Below the pieces are notes generated by a model, which saw only the letters and a list, made by a program, of their open reading frames with translations, was not told the origin of the DNA and searched no databases. A stretch of DNA of 64,000 nt from Candidatus Pristimantibacillus lignocellulolyticus (GTDB lineage Bacteria; Bacillota; Bacilli; Paenibacillales; Paenibacillaceae): contig CP097899.1 of NCBI GenBank assembly GCA_023639215.1, positions 4,136,933-4,200,932 on the forward strand, written 5' to 3'. Both the position numbers and the translations under genes were made by a program. Each line of letters begins with the position of its first letter. Within the stretch, counting starts at the first letter, position 1. Shown one piece after another: positions 58,516 to 64,000 of the stretch.

Positions 58516-59920
58516 AGAGCACCTCCGTCAAAGGCAATTGTTGATTGTTAAGTTGACGCTGTAAAAGCCTCTGCGCGAGCAAAGAACGCTTGTTGGAATT
58601 AAGTGCCTCATTGTTTACATCTAGACGATGATCCGCTAACGAGACTACGCTTTGTAAGAGCTGCTCCTGCTTTGCTGCCATATAATCTACACTCAATTGA
58701 TCCGATTCAATGGCGTTGCTTCTCCTACCAATGACCGATTCAATAGCTGTACATGCCATTGTCATCGTATCATGTTCTGCCAAGGCCTTAGCTAACTGAC
58801 GACAGCGCTCCTTCACCGCATTTGTCTGGATGGTTTTTATAGTATTAGCGATCAATGTTGGTTCCCACTGCATCGGCGGTAAATAATCGCCGATACCGAG
58901 TTGTTTAATCCGCCTTCCGTTATCTGGTCGATCCGTATCGGCTGCGAGCGCTAGCTGTGGTACCGCTGCAGTCATCGCTCCGGTAATTGTTCCAATCCCG
59001 CCATGGTGAATCACGCCGCTGACTAGTGGATAGACACTGGCAAGTGGCAGAATCTTGTACCAGCGAATATGATCTGGAAGCTCGCCTTGAATGAATTCTT
59101 CATGTCTTGTAACCAGAATCGTTCGCTGACCTGACAATTTGACACCTTCAATCGCAGCCTGGTAGAAGTTCGGTTTAATCATTTTGCCTGTCCCACCTGT
59201 AATCAAAAGCGGCTTCTCGCCTGACTGGATAAAATCTAGTAAATCGATTGGCAATGGCTCGTATTCGATCTCATCTGCGAGTGGGAAACCTACTGTTTCC
59301 ACCTTCAGCGCCCAATCTGGAGTTTCGACTGCTGCATCAAAACTCTCATGCCAGAAACCGATGTTTTTCTTCACAGCTCCCATCCACGATGTCCAATTCG
59401 ATACCGGAGTAAGTCCTAGATCGTTCCGGAAAGTATTAATACTTGATATTCCGAAGTCCAGTCCAAGTTCCTCCCAGATATGCAGCTGCGTTACATAGCT
59501 TGGTGCCAGTATTGCGGAGACGATAGGTACTTGCATAATTTCAGACACGATCATTGCTACATAACCGTCACGATCCCTACAAATGAGTACGGAATCTTCT
59601 TCTTGGCAAAGCTCTGTTATGATGTCATACTCGTGTTGGAATTTTTCCTTTGTATAATACTTGCGTTGGTAATCTTCATAGAGTTCAGGCTTATTCAGCG
59701 GATCCTCGATCATGGAAAGATCTTTCATGATCTCTGTATATTCCTCTGGTTTATCGATCCCACGAAATGCGATACCTGACTTCTCGGCAAGTTGTGAAAA
59801 CACACCGTGTGTCACCAGAGTTGCCTTATGTCCGCGGCGACGAAGTGCAGAAGCCAACCGTAGGAACGGGAGTACATCTCCGTTCGTCATATGCGTGCTA
59901 AGAACGAAATTTGCCAACAA
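58508..59920 (-). CDS. GT1 family glycosyltransferase with C-terminal extension
   Basis: GDVLPF...LRRRGH N-terminal motif, HHGGIGT...AAVPQL...DRPDNGRR nucleotide-sugar motif; 8-bp overlap with the NRPS start. Confidence 0.88.
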   Translation of the reverse strand: MLANFVLSTHMTNGDVLPFLRLASALRRRGHKATLVTHGVFSQLAEKSGIAFRGIDKPEEYTEIMKDLSMIEDPLNKPELYEDYQRKYYTKEKFQHEYDIITELCQEEDSVLICRDRDGYVAMIVSEIMQVPIVSAILAPSYVTQLHIWEELGLDFGISSINTFRNDLGLTPVSNWTSWMGAVKKNIGFWHESFDAAVETPDWALKVETVGFPLADEIEYEPLPIDLLDFIQSGEKPLLITGGTGKMIKPNFYQAAIEGVKLSGQRTILVTRHEEFIQGELPDHIRWYKILPLASVYPLVSGVIHHGGIGTITGAMTAAVPQLALAADTDRPDNGRRIKQLGIGDYLPPMQWEPTLIANTIKTIQTNAVKERCRQLAKALAEHDTMTMACTAIESVIGRRSNAIESDQLSVDYMAAKQEQLLQSVVSLADHRLDVNNEALNSNKRSLLAQRLLQRQLNNQQLPLTEVLYD

Positions 59921-59947
59921 CTTTCCCCTCCTTTCGTCTAATGATTG

Positions 59948-61813
59948 TCACTTCAGTAACGCCTCGATTTCTGCTTCTGATAGATGTTCCATTTCGCTCA
60001 ATAACGCTTCGAGTTCGGCATCGTCGGTGTCGGCAAGTAAATTCGTTTCTATGATCGCAGCAAGTGAGCGAATTGTCGTTCCTTGTGTAAGCATGTCTTT
60101 TAGAGATACTTTCACACCAAATAGATGTCCACAGCGGACAAGTATTTGAGTTGCTACGAGCGAATGACCGCCCAAATCAATAAAATTGTCATCAAGTCCG
60201 ATTTCATCAAAATTGAAAAATCCAGACCAGATCTGAGCAAGCTCTTTCTGAATGTAAGTCTGTGGTGGAACATATTCTTGACTGATCATGAGGCGTGACA
60301 CAGTTGGACTCGGTAATAGTTTCCGGTCTGTCTTGCCACTTGGGGTTAGTGGGAATGTCTCCATCTCAATAAAATAAGAAGGAATCATATAGTCGGGTAA
60401 ATGCTTCTGTAGATAATTTCTTAACTCGCTAATAGATGGAGAATATACAGGGTTAGGGATGAAATAAGTTGTGATGCGCTGGTCTCCGGGTTGATCTTCA
60501 CGAACGACAGTTACGACTTGATTGACGCCTGGATGTTGTTCAAGTACATTGCTAATCTCACCTAACTCGATACGGAAGCCCCGTACCTTTACTTGATCAT
60601 CGTTTCGACCTAAACATTCAAGATTCCCGTCACTGAGCCAGCGTCCAAGATCTCCGGTATGGTACATACGTGATCCCGGTTCTTTGCTATACAGATCGGG
60701 TACGAATCGCTCGGCAGTCAGATCCGGTCTGCCGTGATAGCCACGTGCAAGTCCGATACCACTGATAAAGAGTTCTCCGATTTCACCTTGACTGACCTGT
60801 TCATATCGGTCGTTTAGGACGTACACTTCGTCATCAGAAATAGCCTTACCAATCGGAATTATAGATCGTTCAAGGTTACGGTCGCTAGTCCAACTCGTTA
60901 CAAATACCGCTGCCTCTGTTGGGCCATACAGATTGTGGAGTTGTCCAGACATTGTGCTGCAGAAGCGTTCGTTCAGCGCTGCAGATAAAGGCTCCCCACA
61001 TAAGAAAACATGCTTCAGAAGAGGGAGATCTTCGGATAGGTCTGAGCTTAAAAAGGTCTGGAGCATCGTTGGCACGAACTGTACAAATGTAATTGACTCA
61101 CGTTTCATAACATCCCACAAATATGAGGTATCAAGATGCCCTTGGGGCTTAGCCATAATGAGACTTGCACCACACATATGAGGCCAGAAAAATTCCCATA
61201 CCGAAACGTCAAAACTATAAGGAGATTTCTGAAGAAGTCTATCGTTTTGCGTCATTAGGAAGGTAGATTGTAGCCAGAGAACTCTGTTACGTATGGCAGC
61301 ATGTGTATTCATTGCGCCTTTAGGTTTGCCGGTTGATCCTGAGGTATAGAACATGTAAGCTAGATTGTTTTCATCTAAAGTGATATTAAGATTTCCTTGC
61401 TCTTCTCGATATCCTTCCGATGATTCTACTTCATCTAAAATCAGTACATCGGCGTCAAACTCATCCAGTAGTTCTGAAAATTGACGCTGCGTAATTACAA
61501 GTCTTACGTCGCTATCATTAATCATATAAGCAAGTCGATCCTTCGGATAATCCGGATCTAACGGTACGTACGCACCCCCTGCCTTCAATACAGCGTAAAG
61601 TGCAACAACCATTTCAATCGAACGCTCCATAGATATTCCTACTAGAATGTCTGGTCCGACACGAAGCGACCTTAACCGATACGCTAGTAAATTTGCGCGA
61701 CGGTTCAACTCGTCGTAAGTTACGGACTTCCCCTCGAATCTAACGGCTTCTTCATTGGGTGTACGTTCTGTTTGTTGCTCAAACAACTGGTGAATCAAAT
61801 TTTTCACCTGCAT
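59948..61813 (-). CDS. standalone NRPS loading module A-PCP
   Basis: YTSGSTGKPKG, YGPTE, YHTGDLGRW, SGKTDR A10 Lys, LGGHS PCP (S551), acidic C-terminal tail. Confidence 0.92.
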   Translation of the reverse strand: MQVKNLIHQLFEQQTERTPNEEAVRFEGKSVTYDELNRRANLLAYRLRSLRVGPDILVGISMERSIEMVVALYAVLKAGGAYVPLDPDYPKDRLAYMINDSDVRLVITQRQFSELLDEFDADVLILDEVESSEGYREEQGNLNITLDENNLAYMFYTSGSTGKPKGAMNTHAAIRNRVLWLQSTFLMTQNDRLLQKSPYSFDVSVWEFFWPHMCGASLIMAKPQGHLDTSYLWDVMKRESITFVQFVPTMLQTFLSSDLSEDLPLLKHVFLCGEPLSAALNERFCSTMSGQLHNLYGPTEAAVFVTSWTSDRNLERSIIPIGKAISDDEVYVLNDRYEQVSQGEIGELFISGIGLARGYHGRPDLTAERFVPDLYSKEPGSRMYHTGDLGRWLSDGNLECLGRNDDQVKVRGFRIELGEISNVLEQHPGVNQVVTVVREDQPGDQRITTYFIPNPVYSPSISELRNYLQKHLPDYMIPSYFIEMETFPLTPSGKTDRKLLPSPTVSRLMISQEYVPPQTYIQKELAQIWSGFFNFDEIGLDDNFIDLGGHSLVATQILVRCGHLFGVKVSLKDMLTQGTTIRSLAAIIETNLLADTDDAELEALLSEMEHLSEAEIEALLK

Positions 61814-62445
61814 TCAATCACTCCTTTTCTTGTGTAGTAAATAGTAGAAATTACATATATTGTATAAATCAAGCTGCATCATCATTATAGTGAGCAGCTA
61901 ATCAAAGTGTCAATATTTATGTTAAATTGAAAAAAAAGTATTCAATGAGTCCAACAAAAAAGATTCTTCTCGTTACCAAGTACATAAAAAGTAGCCGCAT
62001 ACTTTCATAATGTTGTTTCTAGTGATATCTAATTCTTCTTTTATCGGTTTTATCTGTTCTGCTGAATTACATCCAGACAAAATAACAAAATCTATAACAA
62101 GTTAAGACGATAAAAACGTTTTTATTAAATCTTTTCTCATAAGTGTTCCTCACTTTATTAAGTTTAGATTTTTTAAACTATTCGGTAAATTGCATGAATA
62201 TCCTTCACGAGATGACATTTCACTATCCATGGCATCTATCAACTAGTGATATCTATCAATACTTGATATTAGTTGAAAATGATAGAAATAGGTATTCCGC
62301 TTAGCTCATGCAAGGATGCATGTACATACAATACAAATGAATAGATAAGTCGCATAAAGATGGAGGATGAGAACGATGAGCTATGTTTAATAGAAAGATT
62401 AATAAATAGAGAGAGAAAAAATCTATGCGAATAGAGGTTAAGTTA

Positions 62446-63795
62446 ATGCACAATGTTATGATTGCCCTCACCATTATTACCTTTTTGTGTACCATCTCTT
62501 TCATATTCTGGCGTCCCAATGTAAACGAGGCTATACCAGCAACTATTGGTGCATTTTTCATTTTTCTTATCGGCAGTGTCACATTAACTGATCTAGGTGT
62601 AATAACCGAAACAATTGGCGGTGCTGCAGTCACCATAATAGCAACAATCGTCATGGCCATCGTATTAGAAAGTTTTGGATTCTTTCATTGGAGTGCAAAC
62701 AAGTTGTTAGAACTAGCAAAGGGTTCAGGTATTCGATTGTTCTGGTTAACCAACCTTCTTTGTTTTTTAATGACCCTCTTCGTTAACAATGATGGTAGCA
62801 TATTAATTACCACACCGATTCTAATGATGTTGCTTCATAATATCGGACTAAAAAATCATCAGAAAATCCCATATTTATTGTCAGGAGCATTGATAGCGAC
62901 GGCTTCAAGTGCACCAATCGGAGTTAGTAATATTGTCAATTTGATTGCTTTGAAAATTGTTCACATGGATCTTTACATGCACACAGCTATGATGTTCGTG
63001 CCTGCTACTTTAGGTCTTCTCCTCCTTGCTCTCTTGTTATTTGCTTACTTTTACCGTGTCCTTCCTCGAAAGTTACCTGAAGCAAAAAGATTCTCACCTC
63101 ATGCTTCCGAAAAAGGATATCATCCATTAAAAGAAGTCAAACCGCTTATTCCGCATGAAAAACAAACCAAGTTTATGATTTATATATTAATTTTTGTTTT
63201 TATAGTTCGGGTGAGTCTCTTCGTAGCTTCCTACATCCACTTTCCGGTCCCTTTAATGGCAGTAATCGGTTCTATCTTCTTGCTAACTTGGCGTTGGATT
63301 TACTTGAAAATCCCTCCAACCGATATGTTGAAGAAGACCCCTTGGTATATTCTTGTGTTTGCTTTTAGTATGTATGTCATTATTTATGGTTTGCATAATA
63401 TTGGCTTAACCCAAATGCTCATAAGCTTTTTTCAACCGATAATATCGGGTGATTTACTTCAAGCGAGTGTCATGATGGGGATACTCGTGTCGATTCTTTC
63501 AAATTTATTCAATAACCATCCTGCTTTAATGGTTGGAACACTTACCTTAACGAATATGAATCTCGAGCCCCTTACACTAAAAATATCATATCTAGCAAGT
63601 GTCATTGGTAGTGATATTGGTTCACTCCTTTTACCAATTGGAACTCTTGCAACGTTGATGTGGATGCATATTGTTAAGAAAGGTAAAGTGAAAATAAGTT
63701 GGGGCGATTATTTGAAAGTGACTTCCGTCGTCATTCCAATCACGGTGGTTATCACTTTGGTTATTTTGTATTACTGGGTATCATGGTTATTTTAG
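62446..63795 (+). CDS. ArsB/NhaD family membrane transporter (YwrK-like)
   Basis: LFVNNDGSILITTP, SSAPIGVSNIVN, NLFNNHPA, GSDIG..LLPIGTLATLMW; start at ATG 62446 behind GAGGT. Confidence 0.82.
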   Translation: MHNVMIALTIITFLCTISFIFWRPNVNEAIPATIGAFFIFLIGSVTLTDLGVITETIGGAAVTIIATIVMAIVLESFGFFHWSANKLLELAKGSGIRLFWLTNLLCFLMTLFVNNDGSILITTPILMMLLHNIGLKNHQKIPYLLSGALIATASSAPIGVSNIVNLIALKIVHMDLYMHTAMMFVPATLGLLLLALLLFAYFYRVLPRKLPEAKRFSPHASEKGYHPLKEVKPLIPHEKQTKFMIYILIFVFIVRVSLFVASYIHFPVPLMAVIGSIFLLTWRWIYLKIPPTDMLKKTPWYILVFAFSMYVIIYGLHNIGLTQMLISFFQPIISGDLLQASVMMGILVSILSNLFNNHPALMVGTLTLTNMNLEPLTLKISYLASVIGSDIGSLLLPIGTLATLMWMHIVKKGKVKISWGDYLKVTSVVIPITVVITLVILYYWVSWLF

Positions 63796-63825
63796 TAACT
63801 TCATTCAAATTAGGAGGTTTTAAAT

Positions 63826-64000
63826 ATGAATGATCTTTACCCATTCATCAATAAAAAAGTTGAAATAGAGATCTCTGGCAATAACATTTATATAGGAACA
63901 TTAATTGACGTTGGGACTGATCTAGTTGTACTCTTCTCAGAAAATCGTTTTTATTATATACCATTGGTTCATGTACAAAACTTAAAAATGGCATTATCCA
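63826..64000 (+). CDS. DUF2642/YwrJ-like spore protein, partial (runs off the window end)
   Basis: Manual translation MNDLYPFINKKVEIEISGNNIYIGTLIDVGTDLVVLFSENRFYYIPLVHVQ; AGGAGG RBS; follows the YwrK-like gene as in B. subtilis. Confidence 0.65.
   Translation, partial: MNDLYPFINKKVEIEISGNNIYIGTLIDVGTDLVVLFSENRFYYIPLVHVQNLKMALS

Noticed and set aside
62301-62660. 119-aa minus-strand ORF
   Set aside because: Antisense to the ArsB-like gene start; no motif
1-64000. rRNA, tRNA, CRISPR, IS/transposase, prophage or integrase
   Set aside because: No cloverleaf, rRNA-like stretch, repeat-spacer array or recombinase/transposase ORF was recognised by eye; tRNAscan-SE, Infernal and ISEScan would be needed to exclude them formally

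Overview
Low-GC, gene-dense accessory region from an endospore-forming Bacillales genome (Paenibacillaceae/Bacillaceae-like, judged from ger, catalase and ywrK/ywrJ-like genes); most genes lie on the minus strand. No rRNA, tRNA, CRISPR array, transposase or integrase was recognised. The window holds many stress, resistance and housekeeping-accessory genes (GNATs, fabI, a ger receptor operon, two heme catalases, MFS pumps, a class II UvrA-like ATPase, a CPA2 antiporter), an NrtR-linked NAD salvage operon (pncA-pncB-nadD-nadE), a PLP module (MocR, yggS, PNPOx-like), a GH11 xylanase/CE4 esterase pair sharing a duplicated CBM36-like module, and several gene remnants. The standout is a compact 10 kb NRPS cluster at 51969-61813: a standalone A-PCP, a GT1 glycosyltransferase, a C-A-PCP-TE protein fused to a complete MFS exporter, MbtH and Sfp. 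Its thioesterase has a Cys nucleophile (GHCLG), both A-domain pockets deviate from standard codes, and the glycosyltransferase ends in a docking-like motif resembling the NRPS N-terminus. Other notable signals are a structured terminator-like leader upstream of the cation/H+ antiporter and several repeated palindromic operators. All family assignments come from motif recognition by eye; no database searches were run.
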